Shown: in pieces, positions 18,436 through 27,661 of the stretch
How the letters are laid out: each line of letters opens with the position of its first letter
Position numbering within the stretch: position 1 is the first letter of the stretch
DNA from: Myxococcota bacterium
Lineage (GTDB): Bacteria; Myxococcota; XYA12-FULL-58-9; JABJBS01
DNA: 54,978 nucleotides
Direction: 5' to 3'
NCBI GenBank assembly: GCA_036230545.1
Contig: JAZAIZ010000177.1
Span: 1-54,978 of the forward strand
Position numbers and translations under genes: made by a program
The notes under the pieces: model-generated
What the model was told of the DNA's origin: nothing
What the model saw: only the letters and a program-made list of their open reading frames with translations
Databases searched by the model: none

Positions 18436-19050
18436 ATGCCCAGATGCTTCATCGCCCTCCCCATCCCCCCGGCCACCCGCCAGGCCCTGCTGCGCGTACA
18501 ACTGCATCTGATGGACTCGGAGTTCGCGGCGACCTGCCCCCTGCGCCCCACCCCTGAATCCAACCTGCACCTGACCCTTAAGTTTCTCGGCGATACCACC
18601 GACGCGCAGCTGCACCAGCTCACCGAACACCTCGAGGAGCTTGCATCCAGAGTCACCCTCCCCACCGTGCACGCCCGAGGCGTCGGCGCATTTCCCAGCC
18701 CCACCGCCCCCCGGGCTGTCTTCGCGGAGATCGTTCAGGGGGTCTCCAGCCTGCAGCAACTTGGCACACACCTCGACGAGCTCTGCCTCCCCCTTGGCTT
18801 CGCCCCCGAAACCCGCCGACGCCACCCCCACATCACCCTCGCCCGAGTCAAAGGACGCCCACGGGGCCAGCCCCCCACACCACTCACTCCCTGGCTGCAG
18901 GGGCAACAGGATGTCCCCTTTGGCCCCCTCTGCGAGGAGCCCGGGCCGAACGCTCCGCTCCTGACCCTCTACACCAGCGAGCTTGGCCCTGAAGGCGCCG
19001 TGTATCACCCCCTGCATTCCTATCCCCTCAACGGCCAGGAGAAGCTATGA
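18436..19050 (+). CDS. thpR: RNA 2',3'-cyclic phosphodiesterase (2H family)
   Basis: RCFIAL start; two HxT motifs (LHLTLKFLG, HPHITLAR); LYTSEL. Confidence 0.9.
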   Translation: MPRCFIALPIPPATRQALLRVQLHLMDSEFAATCPLRPTPESNLHLTLKFLGDTTDAQLHQLTEHLEELASRVTLPTVHARGVGAFPSPTAPRAVFAEIVQGVSSLQQLGTHLDELCLPLGFAPETRRRHPHITLARVKGRPRGQPPTPLTPWLQGQQDVPFGPLCEEPGPNAPLLTLYTSELGPEGAVYHPLHSYPLNGQEKL

Positions 19051-20786
19051 TCCTCATTCGCAAAGACGAGCTCTCAATCCCGGAAGAGATGACCCTTGAG
19101 GAGTTTGAGCGCTTGGTGCGCCGGGGGGAGATTGGCCCCCACACTGAGGTCTGCTTTCCGGTAATCACCGGCGAGCGTTTTGTCCCCGCCAATGAACTCG
19201 AAGTGTTTCGCGGCCTTTATCAAACCGGCCCCATCACCTTCCGGCGGCACTTCAGCTTCGAGCGCACGCCCTGGCTGACCCTCCTTGTCATGGCCATGCT
19301 CTGCGGGACCTACTTCTTCTGGCAGGAGCCTCTCACCTCCACGGAGACGCTCCTGCAAAAGGGCGCCAAGAGCCTCTCGCTAATGGTCGAATTGGGCCAA
19401 TGGTGGCGCCTGCTCAGCGCCAACCTCCTGCACGTGTCCGGATGGCATCTTGGGGTGAACGCGCTCTTCCTCTTCAACCTCGGTGGCCCGGCCGAAGCGA
19501 TGTTTCGTCGACTGGATTACGCGCTGATCCTCATCACCTCCGCGGTGGGCGCCACAGCGCTCTCCACCCTTATCAACCCCAGCGTCAGCTGCGGCGCCAG
19601 CGGGATGGTTTTTGGCGTGTGGGGAGCCTGCGCCGTCTTCGGGATTCGCTACCGCGCGATCCTGCCGGACCGCTACCGACGCTACTTCATCGGGAGCGTC
19701 ATCCCCTACTCCATCTTCGCACTCTATTTCGGCATCGCCATGCCCGGCGTCGACAATTGGGCTCACCTCGGCGGCCTCGCCTCCGGGGTGCTCGTGGCGC
19801 TCTTTCTCCCCGCCCGTCTGCTCCAGCCCCGGCACACCTTCCTCAGCGCCAAGGTAGCCCTCCTGGGCCTGGTGTTTCTGCTCATCGCCGGTGCGAGCAT
19901 CTCCGGAGCCGGCCCAGGCCCCCTCGACAACCACCGATACTTTGCCCGAAATGGCCTCTCAGTCCCGGTCCCCCAACGCTGGTATGAACTCGTCTCTCGA
20001 CGCAACCCCCGCTCGGAGACCCACGCCTTTCACAACCGAGCGGGCGTGGTGGTGGGACTGGAGACCTCCCTGGAGACTGCCCTCATCAACCTTGAAGAGG
20101 CCACCACCCAATTCATTGAGATCGATCTCGCCTCCCAGCTCGAATACAACGACGCACGCGGTGTCAAAATTCTAGACCCCGTCGACACCACCATCGGCGG
20201 GCATCCCGCCAAGCTGATTCGAACCGAGATCATGACCCCCAGAACCGCCCAGCGCGCCGATTATTACCTGATCGCCCGGGGTTACTACCGCTATATTCTC
20301 AGCCTCAGCACCCCCCTGTGGCTCGCCGAGGTCTACTATCCCATCCTTAATCAGGTGCTAGACCAAACCCAACTGGTGGAAACCGACATGCTGCAGGCCG
20401 CCAGGAGCGAGGTTAAAGCGTCCAACAACCCCGCCTCCCAGGCCCACCTCGCCCGGGCACTTGTGCTGGCGGGCCAGGAGGAGCGAGGCTGGAACGTCCT
20501 GACCAGCGCCATGGAGCAATGGCCTTCCGCCGGTGAACCCACCGCTGTGGCCGCTCAACTCTTTTATGAACAGGGCAAGGACGCTGAGCGAGGCTGTGAG
20601 CTGGTGACCCACGCCCTGCAGCACCGTGAATGGACGCCCGCCCTCATTCTGCTGGGCTACAAACTCCACGTCAGCTGCGACCGGGACACGGCCGCCAAAG
20701 AGCTGCTGAAAGCCGGGCTTAAGCGCTTCCCCACCAACAAAACCATCAAACGAAAAGCCAGCATGGCCGGGCTCGACACCCCCTGA
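19047..20786 (+). CDS. Multidomain rhomboid intramembrane serine protease (GYF-like N-term, rhomboid, PsbP/DcrB-like, TPR-like C-term)
   Basis: WWRLLSANLLH, GASG catalytic Ser, DNWAHLGG catalytic His; ATGA overlap with thpR. Confidence 0.85.
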   Translation: MILIRKDELSIPEEMTLEEFERLVRRGEIGPHTEVCFPVITGERFVPANELEVFRGLYQTGPITFRRHFSFERTPWLTLLVMAMLCGTYFFWQEPLTSTETLLQKGAKSLSLMVELGQWWRLLSANLLHVSGWHLGVNALFLFNLGGPAEAMFRRLDYALILITSAVGATALSTLINPSVSCGASGMVFGVWGACAVFGIRYRAILPDRYRRYFIGSVIPYSIFALYFGIAMPGVDNWAHLGGLASGVLVALFLPARLLQPRHTFLSAKVALLGLVFLLIAGASISGAGPGPLDNHRYFARNGLSVPVPQRWYELVSRRNPRSETHAFHNRAGVVVGLETSLETALINLEEATTQFIEIDLASQLEYNDARGVKILDPVDTTIGGHPAKLIRTEIMTPRTAQRADYYLIARGYYRYILSLSTPLWLAEVYYPILNQVLDQTQLVETDMLQAARSEVKASNNPASQAHLARALVLAGQEERGWNVLTSAMEQWPSAGEPTAVAAQLFYEQGKDAERGCELVTHALQHREWTPALILLGYKLHVSCDRDTAAKELLKAGLKRFPTNKTIKRKASMAGLDTP

Positions 20787-20797
20787 GGGTCCCCTCC

Positions 20798-21586
20798 TCA
20801 GGTGAAGAGTTCAGGACGCACCTCTACTCCGATGGGGCAATGATCGGAGCCCATCACATCGGTGAGAATAAACCCGTCCCGAATAAAGGGGAGCGCCCCT
20901 TCGGAGGCGAGGATATAATCAATACGCCACCCCACGTTCCGCTCCCGCACCCCGGCCCGGTTGCTCCACCACGAATACATACCCTCCTGATCGGGATGAA
21001 AATGCCGAAAGGTGTCCACCCATCCGGCCTCAAGCCAGCGGTCCAACTCCTCCCGCTCCTCAGGCCGAAACCCACTGGTTTCACGGTTTTGCCGGGGCCG
21101 CGCCAGATCAATGTCACGATGCGCGGTGTTAAAATCCCCCAGCACCAGCACAGGCTCACCGGCCTGACGCCGCTCCTCCAGCATCTCAAAGAGGCGCCGA
21201 TAGAAGCTTAATTTAAAAGGGATCCGACTGTTATCGCGGTTTTTCCCGCTGCCGTTTGGGAAGTAGACGTTGGCCACCCAGAGCTTCCCCCAGCGAGCCA
21301 GCTGCATCCTCCCCTCGGCGTCAAACTCCTCCTGGCCCATGGTGGTGATGAGTTCATCGGGCTGCGTCCGGGCATAAAATCCAACGCCACTGTAGCCCGG
21401 CCGCTCCGCCGGAAAGAAAGCGGTGTGAAACCCTTCGGGCTCACGCGCGTCAACAGAGAGCTGCTCCGAGCGGGCGCGCACCTCCTGCAACCCCACGATC
21501 TGCCCCTCACTTTTGGCCAACCAATCGAGAAACCCCTTGCGAACACAGGCCCGCAGCCCGTTTACATTCCACGATATGATACGCAT
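20798..21586 (-). CDS. xth: Exodeoxyribonuclease III
   Basis: MRIISWNVNGLRA, GLQE, GYSGV, YFPNG, GDFNTAH, DTFR, YSWW, GWRIDY, GSDHCP. Confidence 0.95.
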   Translation of the reverse strand: MRIISWNVNGLRACVRKGFLDWLAKSEGQIVGLQEVRARSEQLSVDAREPEGFHTAFFPAERPGYSGVGFYARTQPDELITTMGQEEFDAEGRMQLARWGKLWVANVYFPNGSGKNRDNSRIPFKLSFYRRLFEMLEERRQAGEPVLVLGDFNTAHRDIDLARPRQNRETSGFRPEEREELDRWLEAGWVDTFRHFHPDQEGMYSWWSNRAGVRERNVGWRIDYILASEGALPFIRDGFILTDVMGSDHCPIGVEVRPELFT

Positions 21587-21832
21587 CAAAATGCTCCTTC
21601 TGCCTGCCCCCTCCCCATTTTGCAATCGAGCCTCCGCCCACCTAACGCCAACGAACGACCCTCCATGGCTAATCGATGATTTTTTCTCCTTTGTCCAACC
21701 CCTAATTAGCGCGAAAAGTCGTTGACACCCTGAGTATGTTCATTCATTCAACCCTCGGGTTTAACCCTGAAACCGTTGACCCGAAGACAACCATAAGTGG
21801 TACCCTGCCCCCTACTGAAAGGAACCGTGGCT

Positions 21833-23392
21833 ATGGCATTTAATTCGATTCAAAATCTGGTGGTAAACCCCAAAAGCGTGATCGCCAACCCCGATCCCCA
21901 AGACCTGCGCACTATGGTGGCAAACATGCCCAACGCGCAGCTCACAGAGTTTGGCAATTACAACGTCACCGTCAAAGTCAAAGCCCGTTCCAAGGCCTCC
22001 ACCTTCATCGTCACGGACTCCCCCGAAAACCACTCCGACAAGACCATCTCTCGCGCCGCGGCCGAAGAAGTCGCCCAACGTCAAAACGAGTACATCGCTC
22101 AGCAGGACATGCTGGTCATCGACGGCTTCATTGGGCCCGATCCCATGACCCGCACCGCAGCGCGACTCACCATCGAGAAGACCAACGCCAACATCGCGGC
22201 GATGCAACAGCAGCTCTACTTCACCCCCTCGGCCCAGGAGTTCAGTCACTTTGAGCCGGAGCTCAATGTCATCTACACCCCCAACCTCCCCGCCCCGGGC
22301 TATCCCAACGACCGACTCATCACCGTCGACCTCGAAAACAAGATCACCCGCGTCATGAACTCCGACTATTTTGGTGAATCCAAAAAAGGCGGCCTGCGCA
22401 TGTGGAACAACTCCATCTACAAACAGGGCGGTCTCTCCCTGCACGCGGGTTGCAAAATCATCCCCGTCCCCGGCGGCAATAAGGTTGGGCTCATTATTGG
22501 ACTCTCCGGCACAGGAAAAACCACCACCACCTTCAGCAAGCAGAACGACTCCAGACCGGTCCAGGACGACTTCGTGGCGCTGATGCCCGGCGGCAAAATC
22601 CTCGGCACCGAGAATGGCTGCTTCGCCAAGACCTTTGGCTTAAACGAAGCCTCCGAGCCGATGATCTATCAGGCCGTCACCAACCCGGCCGCGTTCCTCG
22701 AAAACGTCGCCGTTGACTCCCAGGGCAAGGTTGATTTTTATAACGGCGACTACACCCAAAATGGCCGGGCGACCTTCCCCTTTGAGTTGCTCAGCGAAGC
22801 AGGAGATCCCCGCGAGCTCTCCGAAGTAGACTTCATCCTTATCCTCAACCGCAACGAGAACATCATCCCCGCCGTCGCACGGCTCACCAAAGAGCAGGCC
22901 GCAGCCTACTTTATGCTTGGGGAGACCAAAGGCACCTCCGCCGGCGGTGTGGAAGAAGCAGGCAAAGCGCTTCGTGTTCCAGGAACCAACCCCTTCTTCC
23001 CGCTCTTGCACCGTGATCAAGGCAACCGCTTCCTCGAGCTCCTCACCGAGCGTCCCGTGGATGTTTTCCTGATGAACACCGGCTGGGTCGGTGGACCCGA
23101 TGGAAGCGAGCATTCCAAAAAGGTTAAGATCCGCCACTCTTCAGCGGTGATTCAGGGCATCGTGGACGAGACGATTAAGTGGGGCGAGGACACCACCTTT
23201 GGTTACGAAGTGGCCAGCGCCATCCCCGGCATCAACAACGGAGACGAGAACCTCCTCTGTCCCAAGCAGTATTACACCGACACCAATCGTGAAGAACAAT
23301 ACAGCGAGATCGCCCACCAGCTGAAGTCCAGCCGACAAGCCCACCTGCAAAACTACGCAGGGCTGTCTTCAACCATCGTGGAAGCGGTTTAA
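21833..23392 (+). CDS. pckA: Phosphoenolpyruvate carboxykinase (ATP)
   Basis: YFGESKKG, LSLHAG, P-loop GLSGTGKTT, QDD, ENGCFAK, ENV, TQNGR, LMNTGWVGG. Confidence 0.9.
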   Translation: MAFNSIQNLVVNPKSVIANPDPQDLRTMVANMPNAQLTEFGNYNVTVKVKARSKASTFIVTDSPENHSDKTISRAAAEEVAQRQNEYIAQQDMLVIDGFIGPDPMTRTAARLTIEKTNANIAAMQQQLYFTPSAQEFSHFEPELNVIYTPNLPAPGYPNDRLITVDLENKITRVMNSDYFGESKKGGLRMWNNSIYKQGGLSLHAGCKIIPVPGGNKVGLIIGLSGTGKTTTTFSKQNDSRPVQDDFVALMPGGKILGTENGCFAKTFGLNEASEPMIYQAVTNPAAFLENVAVDSQGKVDFYNGDYTQNGRATFPFELLSEAGDPRELSEVDFILILNRNENIIPAVARLTKEQAAAYFMLGETKGTSAGGVEEAGKALRVPGTNPFFPLLHRDQGNRFLELLTERPVDVFLMNTGWVGGPDGSEHSKKVKIRHSSAVIQGIVDETIKWGEDTTFGYEVASAIPGINNGDENLLCPKQYYTDTNREEQYSEIAHQLKSSRQAHLQNYAGLSSTIVEAV

Positions 23393-23661
23393 GAAGAAGA
23401 GTCTGATTCAAGAGGGGCCGTCACACCGTACGTGGCGGCCAGCTTTTTCGCCTCATCCCCCCTCCCCAAAAGAATCAAGGACGTCATGATCACGTCCTTA
23501 TTTCGAGCGAAGGCCTGCGCAGGATCTGCGGCCCGGCCCAGGTCGATCATGGCCATGGCGAGGGCTCTTCGAGCGGAGATCTCCGCCGAGTTCAGGTCCG
23601 TCACATCATCGCTTCGGGCAGAGCCAAGACGCGGCTCCATAATGGGGGTGTGTTTTTTCAT
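23389..23661 (-). CDS. Small hypothetical helical protein (~90 aa)
   Basis: ORF from MKKHTP fills the gap between pckA and the tRNA promoter; its stop overlaps the pckA stop (TTAA). Confidence 0.5.
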   Translation of the reverse strand: MKKHTPIMEPRLGSARSDDVTDLNSAEISARRALAMAMIDLGRAADPAQAFARNKDVIMTSLILLGRGDEAKKLAATYGVTAPLESDSSS

Positions 23662-23763
23662 GCTGTGTCTGCTGATTTCGCAGATCCCCGAGGGCCTTGG
23701 CAAGGGGGAAAACCCACTCCACGGAAAAAAGGACGTCAGCCCCCCACAACCGCGCCAGAAGCC

Positions 23764-23792
23764 TTGACAGCCTTCCGGATAAACCCTAAAAG
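23764..23792 (+). promoter_or_regulatory. sigma70 promoter for tRNA-Gly
   Basis: TTGACA-N17-TAAAAG, 12 nt before the tRNA. Confidence 0.65.
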
Positions 23793-23804
23793 GCCAGTCC
23801 CTGA

Positions 23805-23879
<75 letters not shown>

Positions 23880-23892
23880 TTTAGTCGATAAG

Positions 23893-23927
23893 AAAACGCC
23901 CAACCACGCGGTTGGGCGTTTTTTTTT
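23893..23927 (+). terminator. Rho-independent terminator after tRNA-Gly
   Basis: AAAACGCCCAACC-ACGC-GGTTGGGCGTTTT hairpin with a T9 tract. Confidence 0.92.
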
Positions 23928-23944
23928 GCCCGCTCCCTTTCTGC

Positions 23945-23971
23945 TCAAGTTCCCCAAAATCTCACCGATGC
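23945..23971 (+). promoter_or_regulatory. sigma28 (FliA) promoter upstream of flagellin
   Basis: TCAAGTTC-N11-ACCGATGC matches the TAAAGTTT-N11-GCCGATAA consensus; about 60 nt before the flagellin ATG. Confidence 0.7.
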
Positions 23972-24033
23972 CATAAAGGGGGAAAAAAGGGTGCCCACGA
24001 CCCTTCGCCTCCCGAAGTAATAACGGGAATAGT

Positions 24034-25344
24034 ATGATCACCCTGAATAACAACGCACCCCGACTGGGGGTCCAATCCCAATTGCGGCGCATCGAACAAT
24101 CGACCCTTTCCACCCTGCGGCGCCTCTCCAGCGGACGGCGCATCAACGGAGCGGCAGATGACGCCGCTGGGCTGAGCATCTCCAGTAAGATGGGGGCCCA
24201 GCTGCGCAGCCTCACTCAGGTCTCCAAAAATATCAACCAGGGAATAAGCTACGTGCAAACCGCTGAGACCGGGCTGAGCGCGATTCAAGGTCTCCTCACC
24301 CGAGCCCGAGAGCTCGCAGTACAGGCCGCCTCCGGAGGGGGAGCCCCCCACGAGCGGCAGATGGTCCACCAGGAGTTTCAATCTCTTCTTCAGGAGATCA
24401 ACCGCATCGCCACGGTAACCGAGTCGGCCGCCAAAACCACCCCGCTCATGGAGGAGCTCCCGGGGCTCTTCCGCATCGACAACCTCTTTGGAACACCGGG
24501 CACCACCCTCGACAGACAGGTCTCCGGGCTGGTTCCCCTGGGCTATGTCCCCGGTGGCACCGACACCCTGGACCTGAGCATTAACTCCTTTCCCGTGGAT
24601 GATGACATCGCGATCTTTACCCGCTCAGGCAAGCACATCGCCGGAACACCCCTGAGCGATGGGGTGTGGACCAGCGGCACCAACAATATCACCAGCGCCG
24701 CCGACATGAACTCCCAGGTGCTCACCACCGCCAATGGCTTTTATGCCGATGCCTCCTACGACGACTCAGAGCTCATCACCTCCGGGTCCGGCTCGGTCAA
24801 TGGCATGAACATCACCTACACCGGCGAGCAGCAGCCCACCAGCAACCTCGAATCCGTCTCAGTGGTCCCCGTCGAGGAGACCCTCATTGTGTTTGTCATC
24901 GGCGCGGGGCGTTTTGACGTCACCGCCGACTGGGACGGGCTCGGCTCCAATGGCGCGGAGATCAACGTCACCGAGTTTGGTGACACCCTGAGCGTGGACG
25001 CCAGTCCCAGCGACACCGGGACCCTCAACCTGGACACGAGTCAGGTGGGAACCACCACAGGCGCGGCCGCGGCCATCGACGCCGTGGACAACGCCATGCA
25101 ACAGGTCAGCGCCTACCGAACCCGCTATGGCAATGCCCTGCACGCCCTTGATATTCAATCGCAGCGAGCAGCCAAACAACGGGCAGCCATGACAACGAGC
25201 AGAACACGCATCGCCGACGCCGACATGGCCGAAGAGGCCTCCACCATGGCGCGGACCAGTATTCGAAAATCGCTCGCCGGCGCCATGATGGCCCAAACCC
25301 AAAAACTCCAGGGCCTGGCCCTCAACCTTATCCAAAATATCTAA
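24034..25344 (+). CDS. fliC: Flagellin (orphan)
   Basis: Flagellin N-term LSSGRRINGAADDAAGLSIS...NINQGISYVQTAE...RARELAVQAAS; C-term AAAAIDAVDNA...R.RYG...SRTRIADADMAEE. Confidence 0.88.
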   Translation: MITLNNNAPRLGVQSQLRRIEQSTLSTLRRLSSGRRINGAADDAAGLSISSKMGAQLRSLTQVSKNINQGISYVQTAETGLSAIQGLLTRARELAVQAASGGGAPHERQMVHQEFQSLLQEINRIATVTESAAKTTPLMEELPGLFRIDNLFGTPGTTLDRQVSGLVPLGYVPGGTDTLDLSINSFPVDDDIAIFTRSGKHIAGTPLSDGVWTSGTNNITSAADMNSQVLTTANGFYADASYDDSELITSGSGSVNGMNITYTGEQQPTSNLESVSVVPVEETLIVFVIGAGRFDVTADWDGLGSNGAEINVTEFGDTLSVDASPSDTGTLNLDTSQVGTTTGAAAAIDAVDNAMQQVSAYRTRYGNALHALDIQSQRAAKQRAAMTTSRTRIADADMAEEASTMARTSIRKSLAGAMMAQTQKLQGLALNLIQNI

Positions 25345-25458
25345 GGCCCCAAAAGCCTCCAGCCCCGCCCCACACAGCATTGTCCTTCCAAGAATTGTAT
25401 GTCATGAAGCCGGTCCCTGCGCCCTCTCCCCCAAAGGCCCAGGCCCCGGAAAACAACT

Positions 25459-26532
25459 GTGAACATCTTTAAAAAATTCGAATTAGCGGGCCGTCAATGG
25501 CTCATCCGCCTCTTAGGCGCGCTCTTTGGGGTCCGCCACCGCGAGCTGACCCTCTCCTCTCCCCCAAAAATCCTGGTGGTCCGACTCGACGAGCGCGTGG
25601 GCAACCTCATTCTTCTGACGCCCCTCCTCACCAGCCTGCGACGGCGCTTCCCCGACGCGCAGCTTGATCTCCTGGCCAATCCCCGGGGAAAAGCCCTCCT
25701 TGAGGGTCACCCCGACATCGATCGTATCCTCCTCTTTGAGAAGCGCAACTACTTTGGCCGCAGCGGCCCCTTCGCCATCTTTAGAACCCTGCGACGCAAT
25801 CGCTACGACCTCGCCATCGACGCCGGAAACCCCCTCGGCCCCTCCACCACCCAAACTCTGGTGGTGTGGCTCTCGGGGGCCAACAACACCATCGGCGTCC
25901 AGCGCCGGGACCAGGCCCGACTCTTTACCCAAACCGTCATCATCCCCCCCGAGGTTGAGCACGAGATCGATCTGCGGCTTCAACTCCTCAACCCCCTCCC
26001 GGGCACCGCCCGCACACGGGAGGTGAGCGTTGGCCCGCTCCCTAAAAACAAAGCCATAGACGCCCTCGTCAGGTCGCTCCCCAAAAAATGGGTAGTGCTC
26101 AACATTGGCGCACGTCTGCTGCAAAAACAATTGAGCGTTCAGGACTATGCCGAGGTCACCCGGAGCATTCAGCAGGCGGGCTTTAGCCCCCTCCTCACCT
26201 GGGGACCCGCCGAAAAAGCGCTCGCGGCCAACGTGGCCGAAGCCACCGGAGCCCCCCTCGCCCCCCCAACATCTCTGCACCCCCTGAGCTCTCTGATGCA
26301 ACAAGCAAACGCGGTGGTCACCTGCGACACCGGCCCCATGCACCTCGCCGTCGCCGTGGGAACCCCCACCTTCGGGATCTTCGTGTGCACCGATCCGAAA
26401 CGCTTTGGTTATTCCGAGAGTCCCCACCAGGCCCTGGACGCGCAGGAAGGCTGGCGAGCCGATTATGGCATCGAGATGAAGAGCTGGTTGCAAGGTGTGC
26501 TCCCGCAGGCAGCAGAGCCCCGAGAGCGTTGA
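25459..26532 (+). CDS. Glycosyltransferase family 9 (ADP-heptose:LPS heptosyltransferase-like)
   Basis: KILVVRLDERVGNLIL, LRRRFPDA, YDLAID, VVTCDTGPMHLAVAVGTP; GTG start. Confidence 0.88.
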   Translation: MNIFKKFELAGRQWLIRLLGALFGVRHRELTLSSPPKILVVRLDERVGNLILLTPLLTSLRRRFPDAQLDLLANPRGKALLEGHPDIDRILLFEKRNYFGRSGPFAIFRTLRRNRYDLAIDAGNPLGPSTTQTLVVWLSGANNTIGVQRRDQARLFTQTVIIPPEVEHEIDLRLQLLNPLPGTARTREVSVGPLPKNKAIDALVRSLPKKWVVLNIGARLLQKQLSVQDYAEVTRSIQQAGFSPLLTWGPAEKALAANVAEATGAPLAPPTSLHPLSSLMQQANAVVTCDTGPMHLAVAVGTPTFGIFVCTDPKRFGYSESPHQALDAQEGWRADYGIEMKSWLQGVLPQAAEPRER

Positions 26533-26550
26533 ACGAAGCGCTCGTTAGAC

Positions 26551-27549
26551 TCAGCAGGCCTCGAGGATCGCATCCACCACATCATTGGTGGTGGCGTTGC
26601 CCCCTAAATCTGCGGTCCGCGCTTTAGGATCCAACATCGTCTGCTCAATGGCACTGTAGAGGCGCTCAGCGGCGCTTAACTCACCGATGTGCTCAAGCAT
26701 CAACACGGCGCTCTTAATAAGCCCGAGCGGATTGGCCACCCCTTGCCCAGCGATGTCCGGGGCCGAACCGTGCACCGCCTCAAAGACAGCGACGTCTGCA
26801 CCAATATTGGCCCCAGGCACCACACCCAAACCACCCACAAGCCCCGCGCAGAGATCGGAGATGATATCTCCGTAGAGGTTCTCCATAAGCATCACGTCAA
26901 AGACGTTGGGGTTGCGCACAAGCTGCATGCAGAGGGCGTCGATGATCGCCGTATCGTATTGAATCTCGGGATAGCCCTTCGCGATGTCCCCGACACACTC
27001 AAGAAAAAAGCCATCTCCCATCTTCATGATGTTGGCTTTGTGGACCGCGGTGACGCGCTTACGCCCGTTTTTCCGTGCGTACTCAAAGGCCGCGGTCGCG
27101 ATTCGACGAGAAGCCGCCTCGGTCACCACCTTAATCGACACCACCACACCGTCAGTGACCTGAACTTCCTGACCGGAATACAAGCCCTCGGTGTTTTCTC
27201 GAACAACGACCAGATCCAAATCTTCGTAACGCGAGACCACACCAGGCATGGATTTAGCGGGGCGAATGGAGGCGTAAAGATCAAGCGCGCGACGCAAACG
27301 AACATTGGCGCTGACGTGCCCCTTCCCCACGGGGGTGGTCGTGGGGCCCTTCAAGGCGACCCCGTTGGCCCGCACAGATTCCACGGTCGCGTCAGGGAGC
27401 GCGTCCCCGGACTCCTCAAGGGCCTGCAGACCGGAGTGCTGAACATCCCACTCAATGTTGACGCCTGTCCCGGCGAGAACCCGCTTGGTGGCGTCCGCGA
27501 CCTCAGGGCCAATCCCGTCTCCAGGAATTAGTGTAATACAATGTGGCAT
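26551..27549 (-). CDS. icd: Isocitrate dehydrogenase (NAD-type, isocitrate/isopropylmalate family)
   Basis: IPGDGIGPEV, SANVRLRR, RENTEGLY, VHKANIMK, NLYGDIISD, FEAVHGSAPDIAG; the SxNxxxR motif favours isocitrate specificity. Confidence 0.8.
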   Translation of the reverse strand: MPHCITLIPGDGIGPEVADATKRVLAGTGVNIEWDVQHSGLQALEESGDALPDATVESVRANGVALKGPTTTPVGKGHVSANVRLRRALDLYASIRPAKSMPGVVSRYEDLDLVVVRENTEGLYSGQEVQVTDGVVVSIKVVTEAASRRIATAAFEYARKNGRKRVTAVHKANIMKMGDGFFLECVGDIAKGYPEIQYDTAIIDALCMQLVRNPNVFDVMLMENLYGDIISDLCAGLVGGLGVVPGANIGADVAVFEAVHGSAPDIAGQGVANPLGLIKSAVLMLEHIGELSAAERLYSAIEQTMLDPKARTADLGGNATTNDVVDAILEAC

Positions 27550-27661
27550 CGATTCTCTCCTTCGACCATTCCATAGCGTAACGACGCTGCGACCAGCCCC
27601 TTATCAGATTTTCGCTGATTCGGTTGCTCCACGCAAATGAACGTACTATCGAAATAGTCAT

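Noticed and set aside
21722-21750. TTGACA -35 box upstream of pckA
   Set aside because: No convincing -10 at 16-18 nt spacing, so not reported as a promoter
24034-25344. Flagellinolysin (proteolytic flagellin)
   Set aside because: No HExxH motif in the variable region
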